This document shows positions 27,315-35,704 of a stretch of DNA of 64,000 nt, piece after piece. The notes below the pieces were generated by a model. The model saw only the letters and a program-made list of their open reading frames with translations, was not told where the DNA came from and searched no databases. The stretch is taken from assembly GCA_030749075.1 (NCBI GenBank), contig JASMKR010000042.1:14972-78971 (forward strand), given 5' to 3'. The stretch comes from Candidatus Thalassarchaeaceae archaeon (GTDB taxonomy: Archaea; Thermoplasmatota; Poseidoniia; Poseidoniales; Thalassarchaeaceae). Position numbers and translations under genes: made by a program. Each line of letters begins with the position of its first letter. Position 1 is the first letter of the stretch.

Positions 27315-28595
27315 TCAGCGGCGCTGCCTGCGTCTGCTGCCGCCCCTTCTGCCGCCCCTGCTGCCGCCGGATGTCGACTCCTCTACCGTGATCCTCCGAC
27401 CCTTGAAATCGGTGCCCTTGAGCGCCTTGATGGCAGCTTCACCGGACTTCTTGCTTGCGAAGGTGACGAAGGCGAAGCCCCGGGGCCTGCCGGTCTCCCT
27501 GTCCATGGCCATGTGGACCTCATTCAGCTCGCCGTGAGGTGAGAACAGCTCCCTAAGCTCGTCTTCTGTGGCTTCGTACGATACCCCTCCCACGAAAAGC
27601 TTGGTTCCCATGGTCTCCTCGGCCTTGGACCTGGCCCCCCTCATCACCTCGCGCTCACGTGCAAGGGCTTCCTTGCTGGCCTTCCCGGCCTCCACCTTGT
27701 CCATGCAGTCCCTGCATCGCAGCGGCTTTCCCGGAGTCGGCTTGAAAGGGACCTTGGTTGCCGTCCCGCAGAGGGTGCAGTCCGCAGCGTGCATCTCCCT
27801 CTGAGGCCGGCCTCCGCGACCGTCTCGCCCTCGTGGCGTGGGAGATCTGCGTGCGGAAGCGGGAATCTCGTGCGACAGCCCGCGCCTGTGGTCTGCGAGG
27901 GGGGAGAGGTATGGCCTGGCCCCATCGTGCCCCAGAGTAGATTCAGCCTCCTCGGTCCAGCGCTGGCCCGGGCGGTTGAGCGGTTGGAGATCAGAGCCGT
28001 CGGGAATGCTGAAGCCGTGACCGAAGCCGTTTGAGAGGGCCCTGAATCCCCTGTAGTCGCACCGTGGGCATGTGACGTTGAAGTCCGGAGTGGCGTCACT
28101 CGACGCGAGTTCCGCCCCGCAGGTCGGGCAGGCTGCGTACAGAACCCCTAGGTCAGGGTCCCCCTTAGTCGAGGCCTTCAGCATGGGCTCCGTCTTGATG
28201 ACCTTGGCGCGAACGATGTCCCGCTTCCTCATGGCGTCCCCGGCTGATGGGATGAAGCGGTCAACAAGCTCGGAGACGAAGATGTCAGCGAATAGCCTCT
28301 GTGCGGGGATGTCCCTGTGGCCACCTGGCCTGCCCTCGATGTGAAGCACCCTGAGCTCGGCGGTCTTCTCGTTGAGTCGGTTGACCTCACCGATCAGCAC
28401 GTCCCCCATCTCGGGTATGTTGAGCGGTGGTCTTGACGGATCCACGGAGAGCACTCCAGCGCTTCTGACCAGAGTGCCGGCGACAACGGCGACCGCCTCG
28501 CCGGCAGCGATGTGGACGCCCTCACCGGGCTGCCCATCGCCTGGAATCGCCACGGGGGTTCCGGGCGTCACGAAGTCTCCCTCAGAGGCACTCAT
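27315..28595 (-). CDS. csl4: exosome cap subunit Csl4 fused to a second zinc ribbon, an RRM domain and an RGG tail
   Basis: Csl4 N-domain, S1 and CPTCG...CPRCD ribbon; then a linker; then CTLCG-x17-CRDC; then an RRM (LFVGGV, RGFAFVTF); then GGSRGGRRGGSRRRQRR. All are in one frame. ATG 28595 is chosen (alternative GTG 28646). Confidence 0.8.
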   Translation of the reverse strand: MSASEGDFVTPGTPVAIPGDGQPGEGVHIAAGEAVAVVAGTLVRSAGVLSVDPSRPPLNIPEMGDVLIGEVNRLNEKTAELRVLHIEGRPGGHRDIPAQRLFADIFVSELVDRFIPSAGDAMRKRDIVRAKVIKTEPMLKASTKGDPDLGVLYAACPTCGAELASSDATPDFNVTCPRCDYRGFRALSNGFGHGFSIPDGSDLQPLNRPGQRWTEEAESTLGHDGARPYLSPLADHRRGLSHEIPASARRSPTPRGRDGRGGRPQREMHAADCTLCGTATKVPFKPTPGKPLRCRDCMDKVEAGKASKEALAREREVMRGARSKAEETMGTKLFVGGVSYEATEDELRELFSPHGELNEVHMAMDRETGRPRGFAFVTFASKKSGEAAIKALKGTDFKGRRITVEESTSGGSRGGRRGGSRRRQRR

Positions 28596-28651
28596 CGGCC
28601 CGCCGACCTGACAATCCCCTATCAACGGTCCGGAAGTCTCGGACACGAATA

Positions 28652-29266
28652 TCAGGGAGGCGAGAGACGCCAGAATGCCGCGCGTGTTCGGCCCCTCTCC
28701 CGGGCATGGTGCTCGTATGCAGCCGGCAGGGCGAAATCTGCCTCTCCGTAACGCTCGACGCCCCAGCCAGCAGCCTCGAATATCGACTGAATGTGCAGTG
28801 CCTCCGCATTGTGCATCAAGTGCGCGGTAACTCCCACTGAGAGGATTGCCTCGAGGAATGGCCTGTCGGCCCTCTCGATCTGCCTGCCCCACGGAGGGTT
28901 CGTGATCACCAGGTCTGCGGAGGAAATGTCGAGGCCTTCCACGCCTACCTCGGCTCTGACTATCTCGACGCGCCCCTCCACGCCCAAGTCAGTTGCATTG
29001 CCTGCACAAACCTCACATGCTTCCTCATCGGCCTCGACAAGGATGGCCGATGATGCGCCCATCAGCAAGGCACCAATTCCCAGTACTCCGTTTCCCGAAC
29101 CCAAGTCGACTACTGAGCAGCCATCGAAAATATCGTTGAAAGAAGCGATATCAGCCAGCCAACGGGCCGCCAAATCGCCATCTGTAGAGTACTGCTCCAG
29201 ATCAACATTGGTGCACGGATGCGGGGTCATCTTGGAGAGTTGCATCGCTAAGGTGCGCAGACGCAT
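28652..29266 (-). CDS. METTL5-like N6-adenine (rRNA) methyltransferase (COG2263-type)
   Basis: LEQYSTDGDLAA, VVDLGSGNGVLGIGA (SAM motif I), ITNPPWG (motif IV) and a C-terminal LPAAYEHH segment, collinear with METTL5 as I recall it. Confidence 0.8.
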   Translation of the reverse strand: MRLRTLAMQLSKMTPHPCTNVDLEQYSTDGDLAARWLADIASFNDIFDGCSVVDLGSGNGVLGIGALLMGASSAILVEADEEACEVCAGNATDLGVEGRVEIVRAEVGVEGLDISSADLVITNPPWGRQIERADRPFLEAILSVGVTAHLMHNAEALHIQSIFEAAGWGVERYGEADFALPAAYEHHARERGRTRAAFWRLSPP

Positions 29267-29352
29267 GGTCTCGCATAGCGCGGGGGTGATTGAATTAACC
29301 GAATTACTGACTTTTCTGATAGTTCAAATACCCCCAAGTATACTAGTTTCTC

Positions 29353-30561
29353 GTGGACCAGACCGGACTCCTGTTTCTCGCGGTCGGACTAGCCCTCGGA
29401 GCGGCCTTGGGTTGGACGATAGCCAGATCAAAGTCCTTGGCTAGGGAAGCCCACCTAGAAGCCCTACTTGAGACTAGGGAAGAAGGAGTGGAGGACCACT
29501 TCAAAGTGCTCGCAAGCGATGCCCTGAGGAATAACGCCGAGCAGTTCATTCTGACCGCTAAGCAGGCGCTGGCGACAGAGAGAGTGGAAGGGGAGAAAAT
29601 ATTACTCGAAAGAGAGAAGGCGGTGGAGGGACTAGTCAAACCACTGTCGGAGAAGCTCGAGAAGCTCGAGGCGCTGAACCAGAAGCTCTCTCTGGACAGG
29701 AGGGGCGACTACGAGGGACTCAAGCGCCAGATGGATAAGCTAGGCGAGAAGACCGATATGCTCGGGAGGCAGGCTGGAGGGCTGGCTACCGCCCTGAGTC
29801 GGTCTTCTAACGTCAGGGGGGACTGGGGGGAGATTCAAATCGAGAATATATTCAAAATGGCCAACATGGCTGAGCATATCGACTACGTCAAGCAGAAGGG
29901 TATCGAGGGGGGTAGCCGCCCCGATTTTGTGGTTAACCTGCCAGGAGAAGCGACCATTCCCATCGACGCCAAGTCCGTCGGACAGCACTACTTGGAGGCC
30001 ATCGATTCTGATGACCCCAAGGTACAGACCGAACTTCTGGCCAAGCACGCCCAGTCGATGAAAGACAGGGTCAAGGAGCTAGATAGCAAGGCATACCAGC
30101 AGAATGTTTCCGGATACGCCACCCATGTGATCATGTTCGTCCCATCTGAGGCATTGGTGGCTGCTGCATTCCATGCGGACCCGAACCTCTTCGAATTCGC
30201 TCTGAGGAGAAACGTCCTAGTCGCCTCCCCCATCATTCTTCTGGCAATCCTGCAGACAGTGAGGGTGCAGTGGCAGCAGGTAGAGATAGCCCGTGACGCG
30301 GAGGAGATCACAAATGTCGCGAAGGAGTTCTACAAGCGACTAATCACTTGGTCCTCACACTTCTCAAGCGTTGGGAAACGGCTAGATAAGGCGGTTGAGG
30401 ACTACAACCGGGCGGTCGGATCATGGGCCTCGTCCGTCCAGCCACAGGCAAAGAGGCTCCAGGAGCTGAACATTGAGGAGGCCTTGGGCAGGGGACTCGA
30501 GGACCCCTCTGAGATTGATCGCGGCCTCAGGGAGTTTTCGGCCCCCTCGGAAGAGGGATAG
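29353..30561 (+). CDS. rmuC: DNA recombination protein RmuC family
   Basis: N-terminal TM helix, long coiled coil, then the nuclease-like core RPDFVVNLPGEATIPIDAKS...MFVPSE. Confidence 0.8.
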   Translation: MDQTGLLFLAVGLALGAALGWTIARSKSLAREAHLEALLETREEGVEDHFKVLASDALRNNAEQFILTAKQALATERVEGEKILLEREKAVEGLVKPLSEKLEKLEALNQKLSLDRRGDYEGLKRQMDKLGEKTDMLGRQAGGLATALSRSSNVRGDWGEIQIENIFKMANMAEHIDYVKQKGIEGGSRPDFVVNLPGEATIPIDAKSVGQHYLEAIDSDDPKVQTELLAKHAQSMKDRVKELDSKAYQQNVSGYATHVIMFVPSEALVAAAFHADPNLFEFALRRNVLVASPIILLAILQTVRVQWQQVEIARDAEEITNVAKEFYKRLITWSSHFSSVGKRLDKAVEDYNRAVGSWASSVQPQAKRLQELNIEEALGRGLEDPSEIDRGLREFSAPSEEG

Positions 30562-30583
30562 GTGCGAGGCCCCTCTCACGCTC

Positions 30584-31165
30584 GTGTTGAACTGGGCAGC
30601 CCGTGTCTTCCACCCAGTTGTCTACTTGCCTGATGAGTATGCAGTTCTAGACCTGAGCGGCGGCACATGGACGCCCCCCCAGACAGAGTACAGCGTTGGC
30701 AAGTACGACGAAGTAAGGCCCAATCTGTACAATACCGACCTATTCGGTGGAACTCGCAACATCCACATGGGAATCGACATCGGCGGACCGGTTGGGACTC
30801 CGTGCATGGCATTCGCCGATGGCGAGGTGTCGCACTTCGGCTACAACCCTGAACAGGGCGATTACGGCAATGTTGTAATCACCAAGCACTACATAGAAGG
30901 AGCTTCGGTTTGGGCACTCTACGGCCACGTGGACGCTGCCTCCATAGAAGACAAGTCGGTAGGCCAGAAGGTCTCCGCAGGCGAAGTGATAGCATGGTTC
31001 GGGGCCCATCACGAGAACGGCGGCTGGGAGCCGCACCTGCACTTCCAGCTCTCTTTGGTCGAGCCCGAGACTCATGACCTGCCCGGCGTAGTGGCTCCAG
31101 AGGGGAGAGTCCAAGCACTGCTAGACTACCCCGACCCGAGGCTAGTGCTCGGCCCGCTCTACTGA
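30584..31165 (+). CDS. M23/LytM-fold metallopeptidase-like protein without a signal peptide
   Basis: HMGIDIGGPVGTP, DYGNVVITKH, LYGHV and PHLHFQL metal-ligand motifs. GTG 30584 is the first start after the rmuC stop (the ORF is open from 30473). Confidence 0.7.
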   Translation: MLNWAARVFHPVVYLPDEYAVLDLSGGTWTPPQTEYSVGKYDEVRPNLYNTDLFGGTRNIHMGIDIGGPVGTPCMAFADGEVSHFGYNPEQGDYGNVVITKHYIEGASVWALYGHVDAASIEDKSVGQKVSAGEVIAWFGAHHENGGWEPHLHFQLSLVEPETHDLPGVVAPEGRVQALLDYPDPRLVLGPLY

Positions 31166-32202
31166 ATCGTCGCCAGGTGGGCCTTCAGCGAGACGATAGC
31201 AGGCATTTCCGAGGGGTCCTCGCCTGTGAGAACGGCGAGCCCGATGGAAATCCAATCAGTGACGTGGGCAGCGTAGAGGAGCCTCTCGAGCAGGCCCTCC
31301 CCCTCGCACTCGACCCTCCAGGTCGGTGCGGCCACGATCTCGGAGAGCATCCAGTCCATCCTGGCCTGCGCCCGCGGGTGCAGGTCATCGCACGACATCA
31401 GCAGCAGCGCCTGGTTCGAGGCCGCATCACCGGTCCATGCGACGATCTCGTTGTGGTTCATCTCGGGGACATCCGCGGAGCGGGCGAACTTGGCCGAGTT
31501 CTCATTGAGCTGGCAGGCGAACCGGTAGGCTGCGGGGCTCAGGCAGGAAGGGGCGGCGATGCCTATCTCTCGGTCGGCCAGCGATTGGGCCAGAGTGGCG
31601 GACATGCCCTCGCCATCGGCTATGTCGGCATCGGAGGATGCCGTGGCCAGACGATCGAGCATTGCTAATCGCTCGTTCTCGCTGGGCTCGGGCAACAGTC
31701 CCAGGGCCCAGCACGCAGCCAGCTGGGTGCCGAAGATGTGCCCGAAGGCCGAGCGGGGCATCTGCCCGGGAGGCACGTTGAGGCATATCGAGCCCTCGCT
31801 TTGTGCCAGCAGCCCCTCGAGCTCGCCGCCCGAGCAGATTCCGACCACGGTTCCTCCGGAGGCCAGTACCTCGCTCACGCCGTCGATGGTCTCCTCGGTG
31901 TTCCCGGAGTACGAGGTGGCGAAAACCAGCCAGTCAGGCCCCCACCAGCTGGGGACCCCGTAGTCCCTCCAGACTACGAACGGGAGTCCGCCTGAGTCGT
32001 CCGACAGCGCCTTCAGGAATAGTCCCCCGGCACCCGAGCCGCCCATTCCCAGACAGAGGACTCCGTTCCAGTCCGAATCCTGCTCGACATCCACCTCAGC
32101 ACCCATGGCCGCTCGTAGGTCGTCTACGAAACTCCGGGTGTAGCTAGCCATGTCCTGGCCGTCCAACTCGTCTAGGAGAGTCGCGAAGTCCGGCTTGCTC
32201 AT
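31159..32202 (-). CDS. bifunctional phosphoglucose/phosphomannose isomerase (SIS-domain, archaeal PGI/PMI type)
   Basis: GMGGSGAGG, SYSGNTEETI and GICSGG SIS motifs. The ATG at 32202 overlaps the nmd3 stop (ATGA). Confidence 0.75.
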   Translation of the reverse strand: MSKPDFATLLDELDGQDMASYTRSFVDDLRAAMGAEVDVEQDSDWNGVLCLGMGGSGAGGLFLKALSDDSGGLPFVVWRDYGVPSWWGPDWLVFATSYSGNTEETIDGVSEVLASGGTVVGICSGGELEGLLAQSEGSICLNVPPGQMPRSAFGHIFGTQLAACWALGLLPEPSENERLAMLDRLATASSDADIADGEGMSATLAQSLADREIGIAAPSCLSPAAYRFACQLNENSAKFARSADVPEMNHNEIVAWTGDAASNQALLLMSCDDLHPRAQARMDWMLSEIVAAPTWRVECEGEGLLERLLYAAHVTDWISIGLAVLTGEDPSEMPAIVSLKAHLATIQ

Positions 32203-33257
32203 TCCTTGGCCTCCTTTGCCATCACTGGCAGGGCCACCCATTCCCCGTCTATGAAGCCGATGCGCAGTTCACTGGCCTTTCCGTCGTCATCGTAGGGCAG
32301 GGCGACCGTGGACATTCGGAAGTCGCTCGGGTTCATCACCTCGGCAGCAGAACTGTCGCGGTTCATGACCTGGACTAGGTGCTGTTCCTCCCTTGGGCAT
32401 GCAACGCTGCACGACTCCATGTCCCTCCATGTTGCCCCGGACCTCTCTAGCCTGTCCAATCTGCGCAGGATGGGGCCTTCCTTCTGCCAGCTGTCGATGA
32501 CCCAGAGCTCCTTCTTGTGGCGAACGACGTCGCCTAGAGCGTAGGCCGGCTTGCGGTAACTCAGAGTAAGCCTCGAGACGTCGATCCCATCATTTGACCC
32601 GACTACCGTCGAGCTCTCCTTGACCGAACCACCGAATACCCTGACAAGGCTCCTGCCCCAGTTCCTCGCTAGGGACTTCGAGCCCAGTTGGAGGTCCCAG
32701 CCGCCGGGGACGGGACCCTCTTTTGTGACGAAGAACATCGGGTTCGTCTCCATGGAGTCAATCAACTTGTCCAGTGTGGCCCTGAGGTCAGCCAGCTCCT
32801 GCGTCTCAAGCTTCCTGCCTGCTGAGCGCAACTGCACGGTAGCCTCGAAGTATGATCCTGCCTTGCGGGCACAAGCGGTGCAAACCGCATTGCTGGTCTG
32901 CAGTAGCGGGGAATGCGAGCTTTGGAACTGATGTCCCTCGATCTCCCCCTCGACCTCCACTTGCAGTCGGCTCGTCCTGTCGTCGATGGCCCCCACTGAG
33001 AAGCTCACATCCACCTTGCCGGCGCGATCCTCCAGCACTAGGTTCTCGCGGATCCTAAGGTCAGCGAGGTCGTGGTCGCCCATTTGGGACCAGCGTCCAT
33101 TCACCTCGTAGGCCTCGCACTTAGCGCAGCGGTTCTGCTGAATCCTATCTGGCATCTTGGACAGGGTGGTGCGCTTCCTCAGGCAGGCCTCGCAAAGCCT
33201 TTCCGAGGACAGAGGGGGCTCTGCCCCGCAGGTGATGCAAAACGCGCCTCCGGCCAT
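32199..33257 (-). CDS. nmd3: NMD3-family ribosomal large-subunit biogenesis/export adaptor homolog
   Basis: N-terminal 4 x CxxC cluster: CITCG...CEACL...CAKCE...CTACARK. Confidence 0.8.
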   Translation of the reverse strand: MAGGAFCITCGAEPPLSSERLCEACLRKRTTLSKMPDRIQQNRCAKCEAYEVNGRWSQMGDHDLADLRIRENLVLEDRAGKVDVSFSVGAIDDRTSRLQVEVEGEIEGHQFQSSHSPLLQTSNAVCTACARKAGSYFEATVQLRSAGRKLETQELADLRATLDKLIDSMETNPMFFVTKEGPVPGGWDLQLGSKSLARNWGRSLVRVFGGSVKESSTVVGSNDGIDVSRLTLSYRKPAYALGDVVRHKKELWVIDSWQKEGPILRRLDRLERSGATWRDMESCSVACPREEQHLVQVMNRDSSAAEVMNPSDFRMSTVALPYDDDGKASELRIGFIDGEWVALPVMAKEAKE

Positions 33258-33315
33258 TGGGGTCCCCGATGCTCCGCTCGGACACCCCGTTAGAAGGCTT
33301 GCGAGGGGGTTGGTG

Positions 33316-33465
33316 TCAATCTGAATCGGCCCCAGGACTGCGTGAGATGGATTCTTCGAGCTTGCTGACCAAGCCGTTCAGTAGCACAATTTGACGGACT
33401 ACATAGGTAGCGAGGAGGGTGGAGAGGATGGCATATGCTACGACTGCTTCGGCCATTCCCGTCAT
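33316..33465 (-). CDS. CcmD-like small single-TM heme-exporter subunit (49 aa)
   Basis: Hand-translated: MTGMAEAVVAYAILSTLLATYVVRQIVLLNGLVSKLEESISRSPGADSD. Its ATG overlaps the ccmC stop (ATGA). The call rests on size, single TM helix and position. Confidence 0.45.
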   Translation of the reverse strand: MTGMAEAVVAYAILSTLLATYVVRQIVLLNGLVSKLEESISRSPGADSD

Positions 33466-34175
33466 ACTATTGCCTCCTCATCTAGCATCCTCTGCCGGTC
33501 TTCCAGCTTACCCTCTAGGGATTGGATTTCGTCGGATAGTGTGACTAAGCCTGCGAACAGAATCAGGAATGAGGCGAATCCAAGCATCAAAACCATGCGA
33601 ATCTGCGGATCGAGGCCCGTCTCCTCGCTCTCGACCAGAATAATCCCGGGATGTCGGTTCTGGTACCAAGTAGTCGCTAATGCGGTGATTGGAACTAGGG
33701 TGAATCCGAACAGCCCCACGGCGGCCAGCGTGTCCCTGGTGTCATCGCCATCCGGCTGGGTGCGTCTGGAGAGCACGAGGAAGAGGGCGACAGCAGTAAG
33801 CAAGCCGAAGGTATTGAGGCGAAGATCCCCCCAGTCCCAGGGGACGCCCCACTCCGCCGAGCCCCAAATCGGCCCCGATATTACCACTCCAAGGCCGAAC
33901 AACAGTCCCAATTCAGAGCCAGTGACCACTAGGCGCCAGCCCCATTCCGTTCGCTTCCGGTACCAAGAGACAGCCCCAACGAAAAGCAAGCAGAAGGAGA
34001 GGAATGACGACCATGCGAACGGGACGTGCCAGAACAGAATCCGATATGCCTCAGGAGCATTCCACGCCTCTGGATCGACTAGCGGGGCCCAGTTGAAGCC
34101 CAGATATGCCGTTGCTATTGCCCCGGCAAGGCCGCAAGAGGTGAGGGAGAGTCCAAGAGTCCCCGAGTTGGGCAT
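33462..34175 (-). CDS. ccmC: heme exporter / heme-handling protein CcmC
   Basis: Trp-rich WWD-type motif WGSAEWGVPWDWGDLRLN flanked by conserved His in FWHVPFAW and WYQNRHPG. Confidence 0.8.
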   Translation of the reverse strand: MPNSGTLGLSLTSCGLAGAIATAYLGFNWAPLVDPEAWNAPEAYRILFWHVPFAWSSFLSFCLLFVGAVSWYRKRTEWGWRLVVTGSELGLLFGLGVVISGPIWGSAEWGVPWDWGDLRLNTFGLLTAVALFLVLSRRTQPDGDDTRDTLAAVGLFGFTLVPITALATTWYQNRHPGIILVESEETGLDPQIRMVLMLGFASFLILFAGLVTLSDEIQSLEGKLEDRQRMLDEEAIV

Positions 34176-34213
34176 GAGATGACGATTCGGGGCCCGGTCA
34201 AGAATGCTCGTCC

Positions 34214-35626
34214 TCAGGCGTCAGGGATAAAGATGGCAACGAGCCAAATGAGCGCCGAGGTGGTGCTCGCAATTAGGCAAGTCGTAATCGGATCTCCAAT
34301 CTCCAGACCGAACGTCATGCCCTCGTTCATTATTGTGGCAAGGGCATCGGTGAGCTCGAGGAACGGCCAAATCAGGACGACAAGTAGTAATGAGGCGGCA
34401 GCGGCGTTTGCTCGACGTAGGTCTGAGACAAGTAAATGCAGGGCTGCGGCGGCAACGGCCAGGTCAAGCATAGAGAGCGCAGGCAGCCAAAGCCACCTCA
34501 GAACCTCGGATGAAGCGTCGGGATCGAACGAACCAGCCAGAACGAACCAAGACAGGTAAGTCAGTGGTATCGGCAGCACTAGGGATGCCCCGGCAATGGA
34601 GTTCGCCGGACGGGCCATTGGCCCGACGGCGGCGTTCCACCAACGCCCGCAGTCTGCCTCTGCCAGCCTCCTGACTAGTGCGGGGGAGGCCACTGCCGTG
34701 ATGAAGGCCGGTGCGAGGACCAGTGCGGCGAGCAGTCCGCTGCCGTGCAGGCCCATGTCCAGGTTTCCGACCAGGGAATAGGCTAGCAGCATAGCCACGA
34801 TCGCCGGCGTGGCACGGCCGACAGTGTCGATGGGGTTCCTCCTCTCCATCCTGAATGCCCATCTGATGAGGGAGCCGATCTGACTGGGTTCCGCAGGGGG
34901 GCAGGCATTTGGCAACGCGATTGGCTCGCCAGTGGATTCACCAGTCGTTTCATCGAGGACACCGCCCCGTATCGAGATGAGTCGATCAGCGCAGGCAATG
35001 ACGTCCCTGTCGTGAGTTGCGACCAGTACTCCGTGGCCATTCGAGGCAAGGCCCCTGAGCCATCCCCTCAGCAGGGCCTTCGCACCGTCATCGAGGCCCT
35101 CCGAAGGCTCGTCGAGCAGTACGGCACGAGAGTCCGCGCTAAGTGCTGCGGGAGCGAGCCCACATAGCAACGAGAGTCTTCTTCTGAGTCCGCCGGAAAG
35201 CTGGGAGATCCGGTCATCGGATCGGTGTTCGAGCCCCCATGCATCCAGCAGGGAGGAGATGTCGTCCCCACTGGGGTTGCGCCCTGCAACCGAGAGAGCG
35301 GTAGCGAGTCGCTCCTTGACCGTCTCCTCGCCGCACATGCCGTCCTTCTGGAGCGTGAGGCCCATCGAGGGAGGTGCAGTGCGGCGTCCTTCGGAATCCC
35401 GAACGACCCTCTCCGCTCCGGACTCGGTTCGCCACGTCACCCGGCCAGAGCGCAGGGGCAGTATGCCTGCGCAGGCCTCGATCAAGGTGGTCTTGCCCGA
35501 TCCATTCTCACCCAATACAGCCACAACCTCGCCCTCCCTGAGGTCAATCGAGACTCCCTCGAGAACACTCCTCGGGCCCCTGTGGACCTCGATTGCAGCG
35601 GCTGCAACGAGTGCGGCTTGACCCAT
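34214..35626 (-). CDS. fused ABC ATPase (CcmA-like) and polytopic membrane domain (CcmB-like by position)
   Basis: Walker A GENGSGKTT, signature LSGGLRRRL and Walker B LLDEPSEGLD in the first ~235 aa. The remaining ~235 aa are hydrophobic (about 6 helices by eye). It lies immediately upstream of ccmC. Confidence 0.7.
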   Translation of the reverse strand: MGQAALVAAAAIEVHRGPRSVLEGVSIDLREGEVVAVLGENGSGKTTLIEACAGILPLRSGRVTWRTESGAERVVRDSEGRRTAPPSMGLTLQKDGMCGEETVKERLATALSVAGRNPSGDDISSLLDAWGLEHRSDDRISQLSGGLRRRLSLLCGLAPAALSADSRAVLLDEPSEGLDDGAKALLRGWLRGLASNGHGVLVATHDRDVIACADRLISIRGGVLDETTGESTGEPIALPNACPPAEPSQIGSLIRWAFRMERRNPIDTVGRATPAIVAMLLAYSLVGNLDMGLHGSGLLAALVLAPAFITAVASPALVRRLAEADCGRWWNAAVGPMARPANSIAGASLVLPIPLTYLSWFVLAGSFDPDASSEVLRWLWLPALSMLDLAVAAAALHLLVSDLRRANAAAASLLLVVLIWPFLELTDALATIMNEGMTFGLEIGDPITTCLIASTTSALIWLVAIFIPDA

Positions 35627-35704
35627 ATGCCGGCCAGAGCGTGTCTTCGTTTGAGTGGTTCCGTCCTTGCGAAGCCCTCTTGATGGCCAGTCATCAGGGG
35701 TTGG

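Noticed and set aside
27316-27372. A GC-rich quasi-repeat (CTGCCGCC-type units) that looks like a short tandem DNA repeat.
   Set aside because: It is the coding sequence of the RGG tail (GGSRGGRRGGSRRRQRR) of the Csl4-RRM protein on the minus strand. The repetition is at the protein low-complexity level and does not indicate a repeat element.
28596-28892. N-terminal extensions offered by the ORF track for csl4. The same applies to 8597-8983 (gcvH-like), 12714-12878 (hmgS), 50393-50665 (glutaminyl cyclase), 6689-6847 (nucleotidyltransferase) and 61241-61339 (DUF4105-like).
   Set aside because: The extensions overlap the neighbouring gene or tRNA and add residues with no similarity to the family. 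Internal ATG or GTG starts give proteins that begin where homologs begin.
33391-34182. A 263-aa plus-strand ORF. Similar long antisense ORFs occur at 45082-45870 (-), 58601-59431 (-), 22716-23384 (-), 41503-42159 (-), 53294-53911 (-) and 39489-39977 (-).
   Set aside because: Each lies exactly opposite a gene with strong family motifs (ccmC, sufD, gyrA, aIF2alpha/PAC2, S8/maf, the PKD protein). Their translations are Arg/Ser/Pro-rich and low in complexity. GC-rich genomes routinely produce long stop-free antisense frames.
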